Shown piece after piece: positions 9,693 to 18,771 of a stretch of DNA of 44,051 nucleotides. The notes below the pieces were generated by a model. That model saw only the letters and a program-made list of their open reading frames with translations, ran no database searches and was not told the origin of the DNA. The position numbers and the translations under genes were made by a program. Position 1 is the stretch's first letter. Every line of letters begins with the position of its first letter. The stretch is from Myxococcota bacterium. GTDB taxonomy: Bacteria > Myxococcota_A > UBA796 > GCA-2862545. The stretch is taken from NCBI GenBank assembly GCA_039208735.1, contig JBCCQY010000065.1, positions 1-44,051 on the forward strand. The letters are read 5' to 3'.

Positions 9693-9985
9693 CCGGTCGG
9701 TGGTTCATAAAGATGGAATCCGGGAACCGGAGTCACCTGACCCTCCGCCTTCCGCCCGGAGCCTTCGTCGTCTCCCCCCGGCCTTCCTGCCGGCGGCCTT
9801 CGATCGCTGCATTTCACTGGTGGAGGCGATGTTTCGCGAGAGCGCGCGAAACACGGCTGAACTGTCCCTTTAGTCCTCCGTCGGCCCCGCCGACGAAACA
9901 CCTAGACCCGTCGCTTGCCCAGGCTTTGCCAGCCCCGTTCATGGCTGGGAGCCCGACAGGAGAGGGCCACCGTATGGTCCACTGA

Positions 9986-11671
9986 ATGGCGATCAATCCG
10001 TCCAATCCGGTCATTGTACAGGCCGATGGCAAGGTATGGCTAGAGACTAGTCACGCGGACTTCGATACGACGCGTGACTTCCTCGCACGCTTTGCCGAGC
10101 TCGAGGCAAGTCCCGAGCATTTGCACACCTACCGCATCACGCCATTGTCGCTGTGGAACGCCGCAAGCTCCGGCATGCAGCGCGATGAGATCGTGCACAC
10201 GCTACAGGATCTTTCGAAATTTCCTATTCCCGAGGACGTGCTTTCGACGATCGACGATACCATCGGTCGATTCGGTCTTGTGCGCCTTGTCCCTCACCCC
10301 GACACCCCGCGCGAACTGATCCGCGTCGAATTCGAAACGGCCTTTGTTCAAAAGACGGTTCGCAAGACGACGACGGGCGATGAGATGCTGAAGCCTGATG
10401 GGCGCAGGCATTTCGTGATCGATGCGGGTATGCGCGGGATCTTCAAGCAACGTCTTCTTCAAGAGCGCTGGCCAATCGCAGATCTTGCCGGCTTTACGGA
10501 AGGAGATCCCTTGCCTTTCTCGCTTCGGGAAACGATGCGGGAATCGGGCAAGCCCTTCAAGGTTCGGGAATACCAGCAGAGCGCAGTCGACCGCTGGTTC
10601 ATGGAGGGTCAGCCGGCCGGTGGCCACGGGGTGGTCGTACTGCCCTGTGGAGCGGGGAAGACCATCGTTTCCATGGCCGCTATGGCGAAGATCCAGCAGC
10701 ACACGCTGGTCCTTTGCAACAACCAGACGGCCGTGAATCAATGGGTCCGCGAACTCATCGACAAGACCACCCTCACCGAAGCGCAGGTCGGCGTCTATAC
10801 GGGAACCGAAAAGCGCATCGCGCCGGTCACCGTGGCCACCTACCAGGTGTTGACCTTCCGTCGCAGCAAGAAGCACGACTACGAACACCTGCACCTGTTC
10901 CGCGACCACAACTGGGGCCTGCTCATCTACGATGAGGTTCACCTGCTCCCAGCGCCGGTCTTCGGAGCCACCGCAGAACTTCAGGGATGCCGCCGCCTTG
11001 GCGTTACGGCGACCCTGATTCGCGAAGACGGTCGCGAGGGCGACGTGTTTTCGCTGGTTGGACCCAAGCGATTCGACCTGCCATGGCAGTTGCTCGAAAA
11101 ACAGGGATTCGTTGCGGAAGCCTTGTGCTACGAAGTTCGAGTGCCCTTCTCGGCCAAGGACTTCGATCGCTACGATGCGGCGAGCGAGAGCGAAAAGTTC
11201 CGGCTCGCCAGTGAAAACCGCAACAAACTCGATGTGGTGATGACGCTCGTGGAGCGCCACCCCGAAGACCACATCCTGATCATCGGGACCTACCTGTCGC
11301 AATTGCGCAGGCTTGCCAAGGAACTCGATGCTCCGCTCATTACGGGCGAAACTCCACATCGCGACCGCGAGCGCCTGTTCGCCCGCTTCCGTAGCGGCGA
11401 GGATCGTGTGCTCGTCGTGAGCAAAGTCGCCAATTTTGCGATCGACCTGCCTGATGCGTCGGTCGCCATCCAGGTCTCGGGCTCGTTTGGCTCCCGCCAG
11501 GAAGAGGCCCAGCGGCTCGGCCGCATTCTCCGCCCGAAAGACCGGGAAGCCTACTTCTACACGGTCATCACGACCGACAGTAAAGAGCAGCAGTTCGCGA
11601 TGAAGCGGCAGCTGTTCCTGACCGAGCAGGGCTACCGCTACCACATCGAAGACGTGGCGGCCGCGAAGTAG
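9986..11671 (+). CDS. XPB/Ssl2/Rad25-family DNA helicase
   Basis: N-terminal XPB domain (SPEHLHTYRITPLSLWNA), Walker A LPCGAGKT, DEVH, TATLIREDG (RED motif) and QRLGRILR. Confidence 0.95.
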   Translation: MAINPSNPVIVQADGKVWLETSHADFDTTRDFLARFAELEASPEHLHTYRITPLSLWNAASSGMQRDEIVHTLQDLSKFPIPEDVLSTIDDTIGRFGLVRLVPHPDTPRELIRVEFETAFVQKTVRKTTTGDEMLKPDGRRHFVIDAGMRGIFKQRLLQERWPIADLAGFTEGDPLPFSLRETMRESGKPFKVREYQQSAVDRWFMEGQPAGGHGVVVLPCGAGKTIVSMAAMAKIQQHTLVLCNNQTAVNQWVRELIDKTTLTEAQVGVYTGTEKRIAPVTVATYQVLTFRRSKKHDYEHLHLFRDHNWGLLIYDEVHLLPAPVFGATAELQGCRRLGVTATLIREDGREGDVFSLVGPKRFDLPWQLLEKQGFVAEALCYEVRVPFSAKDFDRYDAASESEKFRLASENRNKLDVVMTLVERHPEDHILIIGTYLSQLRRLAKELDAPLITGETPHRDRERLFARFRSGEDRVLVVSKVANFAIDLPDASVAIQVSGSFGSRQEEAQRLGRILRPKDREAYFYTVITTDSKEQQFAMKRQLFLTEQGYRYHIEDVAAAK

Positions 11672-11707
11672 CCCCCTGCCGGCCCACCCGACAGAGGATC
11701 CGAGCAC

Positions 11708-14038
11708 ATGGCCGAAGACGTGGATGCGACCACAGCGTCCTCCGAGCAGAGCGGTTCGTCGAGCAAGCGTCGTCGACGGCGCAGGCGTCGTCGCCGTTCC
11801 TCCGACCGTGCCAACGCGATTCCCGACGACGTGCTCGTCGCGGCAGACAGTCCCAACGCGTCACCAGCGCCTCAGCGCCGGGGTCGACGAACGGTCGAAG
11901 TATCGCAGACGGCAGTGAGCCTGCCGTCATCGGGGCGCAATCCCTACCGAAAACGTTCTTCTCGACCCCGCCGTACGGCACCGGCCTCCGCCGCCGGACG
12001 CCGGCGTCGGCTGTCGCGGGGCGAGGTCGAGCAGCTCACCGAATGGATCGGGCAAATGCCCGAGCCCGTGATGGCGTCGCTCTACCGCGGTCTAGGCGGG
12101 CAACCGGAGCGGGTCACCAACCGGGGTCGGCTCGTCCAACTCACGGTGCGGGCGCTGGCCCAAGGGTCTCGCCTCGCCACGCTCCTAAAGAGCCTCCACG
12201 AGCGCGATCGCAAGGCGTTGGCCGCCCTCGTGCAGTCCGGCGGCATCGGACTCGCGGATGAGTTGCACCGAGAGTTGCAGCTGTCATTCGGCGGTCACGA
12301 GCGAGAGTGGGCCAAGGTGATGGTGAACCTGGGCTCCCGTGGGCTCGTCTTCGCCAGCGCCGAGATCGACGGCCAATTCTTCTACCTGATCCCTGACCCC
12401 GTGGTGGACTCGCTGCTCCTCGAACTCGAGGAAGAGCTGAAGCTGTCGACCTTCACCCACGACGACGTTCGGGTGATGGACGCGAAGCCTTTCTGCCCGC
12501 CGTTGCACTTCTCGATCACCACGCTGGCCACCTACATCGACCAGCACTCGCCGCGGTTCACACAGCGCCAGGAAATCCATCGCCACGACAAAGAGGAGAT
12601 GGACACCTTCTTCGCTCAGCTGTGGGAGCCGGATTCCGAACTGTTCAACTTCCACCTGCAATTCTTGATGATGCACAGCATGGTGGAATTGCGGGCGGGC
12701 GACCTCAAGCTCAACCGTGACGTACTCGAGGAGTGGCTACAGCTCGATGCGGAAGACCAGCGCGACCTGCTGTTCCGAGCCCTCGACGAACGGTTCTCGC
12801 TCGCAGAATGGGTGCTCTGGGCTGTCTACAAGGCAACCAGCGAGTCACTAAGCGAAGTTCGAGAGGGCGAAGCGGGCGGCGAATGGGTCGCAGAACGACC
12901 GCTTGTCGGCCAATACCGTCGGTGGAAGCGAGGCGAAGACTGGCGAAGCCGCTTTTCTCGGGGTCAGTACGCGAATGTCCGTGGCCACGAGCGGGAGAGC
13001 TACTCCTTTGCCCCGCTCGTCCATGCAGGCATTCTCGAGATGGGCCAGTGGGGACAGGAAAAATTCTACCGCCTGTCGGCTCGCGGACGGCAGCTGCTCA
13101 ATCCGAGCAAAGACGACGCATTCCAGCAGTTCTACCTGACCCCGTCGTTCGAAATCATGGCCATGGCGGGGCTCACGCCCATCCTGCTCTTCCGCATTGC
13201 CGAACTTGCTCAATTGACCAAGTGCGACCGCGTCAATGAGTACAAGATTACGGAAGAGAGCATCCAGCGCGCCCTTGAGCACGGGTGGCGTCGCGACGAT
13301 GTGCTTCAGTTCCTCCGAGACAACAGCCAGATCGGCCTTCCGGACAACGTTGAGCAGACGCTCAAGGGCTGGATTGGCCACCGTGGCGACGTCGAGTTCC
13401 ACGAAGCGACCCTCCTGACGGTGCATCGATCGCAGATCCGCCGCCTCGAAAGCCAGAAGAAGATCAAGCCCTTCATTCTGCATCGGTTCGCGCCCGGCCT
13501 CTACGCGGTCGACAAGGCTCGCCTCTCCGAGATCCGGGCCATCCTCGAGGAATGTCGCTTCTCGCCAAGCAAGGAAATCCGGCAGTACCCGGGCGACCCC
13601 GAACAGGTCGAAGCCCGCAACGCCCTGCACAAACTTGTGCATGAGGCGCGGGCAGCCGCCGTGCAACCGGCCCAGCGTGGACAGTCCCTCGTCACCCCTG
13701 GCGACCTTCGGACGGTCCCCGGGTCTCGCGTGGCCAAGGGCCCCGAGGCGGTGGCGGGCCAGCCCAGCGTGCCCGACGAGCCGCCCGAGGTCTCGGTGGC
13801 CGAGGTCCGGCAGCTCATCGACTTGGCCATGTCGGACGAGATCGAACTCGACATGATCTACGTCGCCAAGAACGGGCAGCGCATCTCGATGAAGGTGCGA
13901 CCCGAACGGCTGGCGCTGAAGGCCGATGCACCGGTTCTCGTGGGCTTGGATGTCGGCGAAGATGAACGCCGAACCTTCGTACTCGATCGCATCGAGCGGC
14001 TACGGCTTGCCGATGCGAACGAACTTGAAGATGCCTAG
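11708..14038 (+). CDS. XPB-associated protein with Helicase_C_3-like domain and C-terminal WYL domain
   Basis: YKITEESIQRALEHGW...LPDNVEQTLKGW (XPB-N/Tfb2-like) and C-terminal Y...VRPERL...RRTFVLDRI (WYL). Arg-rich N-terminus. Lies directly downstream of XPB. Confidence 0.8.
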   Translation: MAEDVDATTASSEQSGSSSKRRRRRRRRRRSSDRANAIPDDVLVAADSPNASPAPQRRGRRTVEVSQTAVSLPSSGRNPYRKRSSRPRRTAPASAAGRRRRLSRGEVEQLTEWIGQMPEPVMASLYRGLGGQPERVTNRGRLVQLTVRALAQGSRLATLLKSLHERDRKALAALVQSGGIGLADELHRELQLSFGGHEREWAKVMVNLGSRGLVFASAEIDGQFFYLIPDPVVDSLLLELEEELKLSTFTHDDVRVMDAKPFCPPLHFSITTLATYIDQHSPRFTQRQEIHRHDKEEMDTFFAQLWEPDSELFNFHLQFLMMHSMVELRAGDLKLNRDVLEEWLQLDAEDQRDLLFRALDERFSLAEWVLWAVYKATSESLSEVREGEAGGEWVAERPLVGQYRRWKRGEDWRSRFSRGQYANVRGHERESYSFAPLVHAGILEMGQWGQEKFYRLSARGRQLLNPSKDDAFQQFYLTPSFEIMAMAGLTPILLFRIAELAQLTKCDRVNEYKITEESIQRALEHGWRRDDVLQFLRDNSQIGLPDNVEQTLKGWIGHRGDVEFHEATLLTVHRSQIRRLESQKKIKPFILHRFAPGLYAVDKARLSEIRAILEECRFSPSKEIRQYPGDPEQVEARNALHKLVHEARAAAVQPAQRGQSLVTPGDLRTVPGSRVAKGPEAVAGQPSVPDEPPEVSVAEVRQLIDLAMSDEIELDMIYVAKNGQRISMKVRPERLALKADAPVLVGLDVGEDERRTFVLDRIERLRLADANELEDA

Positions 14039-14273
14039 CGAGATGGAACAACCTTCCTTCGAAGAAGAGCTGAACCAGCTTGAAGCCTGTGTTCGGAAGC
14101 TCGAGAGCGGGGAGGCCTCCCTCGAAGACGCGCTGCGCCTTTACGAAGAAGGCATGGCGCTCGCCAAGCGCTGTCAGGCCCATATCGAGGCCGCTGAAGA
14201 CCGGGTCGCTCAGCTGGTGCGCGGTCAACAGGGGATCGAAGCCCATCCTGTCACGGATGTTGGGGACTCGTGA
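14031..14273 (+). CDS. xseB: Exodeoxyribonuclease VII small subunit
   Basis: SFEEELNQLEACVRKLESGEASLEDALRLYEEG...AEDRV. Confidence 0.93.
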   Translation: MPSEMEQPSFEEELNQLEACVRKLESGEASLEDALRLYEEGMALAKRCQAHIEAAEDRVAQLVRGQQGIEAHPVTDVGDS

Positions 14274-14360
14274 ACACTCGCGAGTAAGGGCCCACGGAGC
14301 CTGACGGTGATGCCGCTCCTGCGTTAGGGATGCCGGTGGGTCGGAGGGAGACTCGTTCAT

Positions 14361-15098
14361 ATGTTCGACAACATCGGCAAAGACCTGGATGAACAGGCGA
14401 ACCGGCGGCGTGCAGAGTCGGTTCTCTATACGACCCTCATCGTAGGCACTGCGGTGGGCATCTTTACGTGGTTCACAGCGCGCGCAGTGGTCGAAGTCGC
14501 CCAGCAGCTCGAAGACTACGATCTGGTACAGGTTGACGCGCTCGATGACCTCGACGACGCGGCTCCACCCCCTCCTCCCCCTCCACCCGCGGGTGACGAC
14601 GAGGAAGAAGAGGAAGAGGTGGAAGAACCTGACGAAGTCGTCGAGGAAGTCCAAGAGCTGAAAGAGATCGTCGAAAAGCCCATTGAAAAGGCGAAAGAGC
14701 AGAAGGGCCAAAAGGGTGGCCACGAACTCGGGGTCGCCGGCGGGAAGGTTGGCGGCACGGTCGGTGGTGATCCGAATAGCCCTTGCGAACCTGGCGATCC
14801 GCGCTGCACCGGCCTCGGCCGCATGGTCTCCTACAAGGACGTCAAAGTCAAGAACATGATCCAGCCCACCTACCCGGTGGAAGCACGGTCCTTGAACCTT
14901 GGCGAACAGCGCTGCCGCGTCACGGTGTCGATCGACACGAAGGGTGTGCCCTCGAACGTGCGGGTTCGGTCCTGCCCCGAGGTGTTCCACGAAGAGGTCA
15001 AGCGGGCGATGTTCAAGTCCCGCTGGTGGCCCTACAAGTCTGGCGGCGCAAAGCAGGCGGCGCAATTCACCATTCTCATCACCTTCCGCTTGAGCTGA
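14361..15098 (+). CDS. TonB-family energy transducer
   Basis: N-terminal TM helix, poly-Pro/Glu-rich linker, and a TonB_C-like domain (PTYPVEAR...IDTKG...WWP...ITFRL). Confidence 0.88.
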   Translation: MFDNIGKDLDEQANRRRAESVLYTTLIVGTAVGIFTWFTARAVVEVAQQLEDYDLVQVDALDDLDDAAPPPPPPPPAGDDEEEEEEVEEPDEVVEEVQELKEIVEKPIEKAKEQKGQKGGHELGVAGGKVGGTVGGDPNSPCEPGDPRCTGLGRMVSYKDVKVKNMIQPTYPVEARSLNLGEQRCRVTVSIDTKGVPSNVRVRSCPEVFHEEVKRAMFKSRWWPYKSGGAKQAAQFTILITFRLS

Positions 15099-15179
15099 CC
15101 CAACCTGGGGCATGACTGGACCCAGTGTTCGGACTACACACGGGCCCATCGTGACCTTCGTGGTCTTGGAGACCTTCCG

Positions 15180-15896
15180 ATGTTGCTGATCTTGCTTGAA
15201 TCGCTCGCTTACGCCCAGGAAGGGGAAGCCCAGGTCGGCTTCACCCTCGCCGAGATTTGGGAGCACTCGGGCTTCATTGCGCGCTCCGTCATCATCATGC
15301 TCGTCGTCATGATGCTGGGCACCGTCGCCGTGTTCATCGAACGCTTGCTTGCGTTCCGCCGCGCGAAGATGCAGTCCGTGCGTCTGGCCAGCGAAATCGT
15401 AGAGCCGCTGCAGCGCTTCGACGTTGACAAGGCGCTCTCCATCGCAAGCGACGAGCAGTTCAAGCTCGGCTACCTCACGCCCCTGCTCCAGGCCGGCCTC
15501 GTCGAGCTGCAGGAGACCCGAGGGAGCAACGGCCTGCACAACGCTTCGCAGGCGATCACTAAGGCACACACTCAGGAGCTCGCCAAGCTCCAGCGTGGCA
15601 TGCCGATTCTCGCCACGGTGGGCTCCACCGCACCGTTCGTCGGCCTGTTCGGCACGACCTTCGGCGTCATCAACGCGTTCCAGGGCATGGCCGAAGCGGG
15701 TTCGGGCCTCTCCTCGATTTCGGCAGGGATCTCCGAAGCCCTCATCACCACCGGTGTGGGCATCGGCGTGGCCGTCCTCGGCGTGTGGGCCTTCAACTAC
15801 TTCAACTCCCGCATCGCGAAGGTCAGCGACGAGCTCGACTCGGCCGAGGCCGACTTCGTGTTGTGGGCCAACAAGCTCGTCCAGCGGGCAGGTTGA
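15180..15896 (+). CDS. MotA/TolQ/ExbB proton channel protein
   Basis: LATVGSTAPFVGLFGTTFGVINAF and GISEALITTGVG. Confidence 0.95.
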   Translation: MLLILLESLAYAQEGEAQVGFTLAEIWEHSGFIARSVIIMLVVMMLGTVAVFIERLLAFRRAKMQSVRLASEIVEPLQRFDVDKALSIASDEQFKLGYLTPLLQAGLVELQETRGSNGLHNASQAITKAHTQELAKLQRGMPILATVGSTAPFVGLFGTTFGVINAFQGMAEAGSGLSSISAGISEALITTGVGIGVAVLGVWAFNYFNSRIAKVSDELDSAEADFVLWANKLVQRAG

Positions 15897-15900
15897 GCGC

Positions 15901-16320
15901 ATGGGCGCATCAGTCGGAAAAGATGGCCCGATGGCCGACATCAACGTGACGCCGTTGATCGACGTCGTGTTGGTGCTCCTGGTCGTCTTCATGGTCATCA
16001 CCCCCCTGCTGTCGTCGGGCCTTCCCGTCGACTTGCCCCAGGCGACGTCGTCTGACGCCGAGAAAGAAGGTGGTCAGCACGTCGTCGTCTCCATCACCAA
16101 AGACGGAGAAATGGCGGTGGGGCAAGAGACCTTTGAGGACGAAAGTGCTCTTGCACTGGCGGTTTCCGAAGAGCTGATCCAGGGCGAGCAAAGCGCGGAC
16201 CGGAAGGTCTTGGTCAAGGCGGACAGGGACGTTCGTTACGGCGATGCCCGCAAGGTCATCGATGCCATTGCGGGCCGGAACGTGCCTGCGCTGTACTTCG
16301 CGACGAGCAAGGAGGAGTAG
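15901..16320 (+). CDS. ExbD/TolR family protein
   Basis: INVTPLIDVVLVLLVVFMV with the conserved TM Asp, plus KADRDVRYG. Confidence 0.93.
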   Translation: MGASVGKDGPMADINVTPLIDVVLVLLVVFMVITPLLSSGLPVDLPQATSSDAEKEGGQHVVVSITKDGEMAVGQETFEDESALALAVSEELIQGEQSADRKVLVKADRDVRYGDARKVIDAIAGRNVPALYFATSKEE

Positions 16321-16322
16321 CC

Positions 16323-17123
16323 ATGGGCGCTCAGCTCGGTAGCGACGGCGCGATGAACGAGATCAACATGACTCCGCTCATCGACATCGTTCTCGTCGTC
16401 CTCATCATCATGATGGTCAACATGCCCATCGAGGTGCAAGAACTCGGGGTCAAGCTCCCGAACCCGAATGCAACCCCGCCTCCTCCCACCGAAGATCGGC
16501 CCGATCAGCTCATGATCGCGGTCTATGCCGACGAACGCATCGCGCTCAACCGCATTCTCATGACCGAGCCCAAGCTTCGCGAGCAGCTCACGCGACGCCT
16601 GATCGGCTTGAAAAAGAAGAACGTGTTCGTCGATGCGCACCCCGATGTGCCGTTGCGTCTCGTCACCGACATGGTGGATGTCGCGCGCGAATCGGGAGCC
16701 GAGCAGGTTGGCTTTGCCAAGTTGAAGGACGACGGCCCGCTCGAGCCGACGGGATCGTCGCAAGGTGCGATGCCGCGGGATGTCATCGCCGGCAACCCGA
16801 CCGTCACACAGCTCAAAGAGGAAGAGGAAGCCCTCGACAACGTTGTGGCCTACAGCCAAATCCAAAAGGTCCTGCCCCAGATTCGGGGCTGCTACTTCCA
16901 GGCGTTAGCCCTCGACCCTGCACTCACGGGCAACTACCTGCTCGAGATCACGATCGGTCCCGATGGCCAGCAGATGGAAGAACCCAAGATCCTGACGGAT
17001 TCGCTGAAAGATCCCAAGGTTGCCGACTGTACGATGCAGCTCCTGCCGTCGATCACGTACCCCGCGATCGGCTACCAGAACACCGCCGTCGTGCGCTACC
17101 CCTTGCTCTTTTCACCGGGATGA
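16323..17123 (+). CDS. ExbD/TolR protein fused to an AgmX/PglI-like C-terminal domain
   Basis: INMTPLIDIVLVVL, then an extra C-terminal domain IRGCY...ALALDPALTG...ITIGPDG...VADC...YP...YPLLF. Confidence 0.85.
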   Translation: MGAQLGSDGAMNEINMTPLIDIVLVVLIIMMVNMPIEVQELGVKLPNPNATPPPPTEDRPDQLMIAVYADERIALNRILMTEPKLREQLTRRLIGLKKKNVFVDAHPDVPLRLVTDMVDVARESGAEQVGFAKLKDDGPLEPTGSSQGAMPRDVIAGNPTVTQLKEEEEALDNVVAYSQIQKVLPQIRGCYFQALALDPALTGNYLLEITIGPDGQQMEEPKILTDSLKDPKVADCTMQLLPSITYPAIGYQNTAVVRYPLLFSPG

Positions 17124-17965
17124 CCGTCGACCTTACGGCCTGGCTTGTGCCCCGCGTGGCGGAGCTCGAAGCGTTCCTCACGCCGCGGCTGCGCAGCGTC
17201 ATCGCACCCGGATTCGACCGTGCGCTCGCCTACCCGGTGTTCAGCGGGGGCAAGCGCATGCGTCCGGCATGGGTCTTTGCCGCCTACGAGGCGATCGTGG
17301 GTCCCGATGCGGACCGCACCCGGTCCCTGCCCGCGGCGGCCGCGGTCGAGCTGGTGCACACCTACTCCCTCGTCCACGATGATCTCCCGTCGATGGACGA
17401 CGATGACGAACGGCGCGGACGGCCGACCGTCCATGTGCAGTTCGATGAGGCCACAGCCGTGCTGGTGGGCGACGCGCTGCTCACGCTCGCGTTCGACGTC
17501 CTTACCGAAGGCGATCTGCCTCCGCACACGCTTGTGCAGCAGGTCCGAACGCTCGCTCGAGCTGCGGGCGCAAGCGGCATGGTGGGCGGTCAAATCCTCG
17601 ATCTGGGGCTGTCCGGAGGCTCGGCCACCCTCGAAGCCCTCACCGCCCTCCACCGCGCCAAGACCGGTGCATTGATCGCTGCGAGTTGCCAACTCGGAGG
17701 CCTTGCCGCGGGAGCCGATGCCGACACCATCACGACCCTCGGCGCCTATGGCGAGGCGGTAGGTCTGGGCTTCCAGCTGGTCGACGACCTGCTCGACGCA
17801 GGTGAGGACGACGCATCACCGAGTGTGGTGCGTGCGATTGGTGCCGACGCGACCCGTGCATTGGCCGAACAGACCGAACAACAGGCACTTCAAGCTGCCC
17901 GTTCGTTGCCGCGTCCCGAGGTGCTCGAGGCCATGGCAGCCTACACGGTGCAGCGCAAGGTCTAG
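17120..17965 (+). CDS. ispA: Farnesyl/geranyl diphosphate synthase
   Basis: Motifs GGKRMRP, YSLVHDDLPSMDDDDERRGRPT, GQILDL, KTGALI and FQLVDDLLD. Confidence 0.93.
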   Translation: MTVDLTAWLVPRVAELEAFLTPRLRSVIAPGFDRALAYPVFSGGKRMRPAWVFAAYEAIVGPDADRTRSLPAAAAVELVHTYSLVHDDLPSMDDDDERRGRPTVHVQFDEATAVLVGDALLTLAFDVLTEGDLPPHTLVQQVRTLARAAGASGMVGGQILDLGLSGGSATLEALTALHRAKTGALIAASCQLGGLAAGADADTITTLGAYGEAVGLGFQLVDDLLDAGEDDASPSVVRAIGADATRALAEQTEQQALQAARSLPRPEVLEAMAAYTVQRKV

Positions 17966-17966
17966 C

Positions 17967-18707
17967 GTGGGGCGTAAGGTCCGACTCGACCGCCTCCTCG
18001 TCGATCGAGGCCTCGCGCCAGCCCGCCACCGCGCCCGTGAACTCATCGAAGCGGGTGAGGTGCTTGTCGATGGGCATCCCACGCTCAAGGTGGCCGCCCA
18101 GGTCGACATCTCACGCCAGGTCACCCTGCGTCGCCCTGACCCCGGTTGGGTGAGCCGTGGGGCACTGAAGCTGGATCCGGTGCTGACCACATGGTCGATC
18201 GACGTGACCGACCAGATTGCCGCCGACCTTGGCGCGAGCACCGGAGGCTTTAGCCAGGTGCTGCTCCGGCGCGGAATTGCGCGGATCTACGCCATCGATG
18301 TGGGACGCGGCCTGCTCCACGAGCGCGTGGCCAATGATCCCCGCACAATCGTCATGGACAGCACAAACGTGCGCTATCTCGAAGCACTGCCCGACCCGAT
18401 CGACTGGGTGGTCGCAGACCTGTCGTTCATTTCCGTGGACAAGGTCATCGATGCCATCCATCAGATTCTCGCGCCCCAGGGACAAGCGGTGCTCCTGGTC
18501 AAACCGCAGTTCGAGGTCGGGCGCGAGCGGGTCGGGCCTCGCGGCTTGGTGCGGGATGCGGCGGCCCGAGACGAGGCGATTGCCGAACGCCGTCACCGTT
18601 GCGAAGCGGCGGGCTTTGACGTCCTGGCCGGCATGGACTCCCCGGTTGCAGGGGCCAAGTCCGGCAACGTGGAGCATTTCCTCCACCTCGCGAAGCGGAC
18701 GTCGTAA
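17967..18707 (+). CDS. tlyA: TlyA family rRNA methyltransferase
   Basis: S4 domain RLDRLLVDRGL, then WVSRGALKL, DLGASTGGF, DLSFIS, LVKPQFE and GNVE. Confidence 0.95.
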   Translation: MGRKVRLDRLLVDRGLAPARHRARELIEAGEVLVDGHPTLKVAAQVDISRQVTLRRPDPGWVSRGALKLDPVLTTWSIDVTDQIAADLGASTGGFSQVLLRRGIARIYAIDVGRGLLHERVANDPRTIVMDSTNVRYLEALPDPIDWVVADLSFISVDKVIDAIHQILAPQGQAVLLVKPQFEVGRERVGPRGLVRDAAARDEAIAERRHRCEAAGFDVLAGMDSPVAGAKSGNVEHFLHLAKRTS

Positions 18708-18771
18708 CCGCAAAACAGATGCCTTTTGCGAGCCATCGCGCTAAAGACGCGATCCGGGCAACGGAGCGCAC

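Noticed and set aside
14560..14700. Low-complexity CCT/GAA run
   Set aside because: It encodes the ordinary Pro/Glu linker of TonB.
13815..16001. 728-aa minus-strand ORF
   Set aside because: Antisense shadow of xseB/tonB/exbB in high-GC DNA, with no recognisable motifs. The same applies to 10202-11707, 21794-23398 and 27220-28890.
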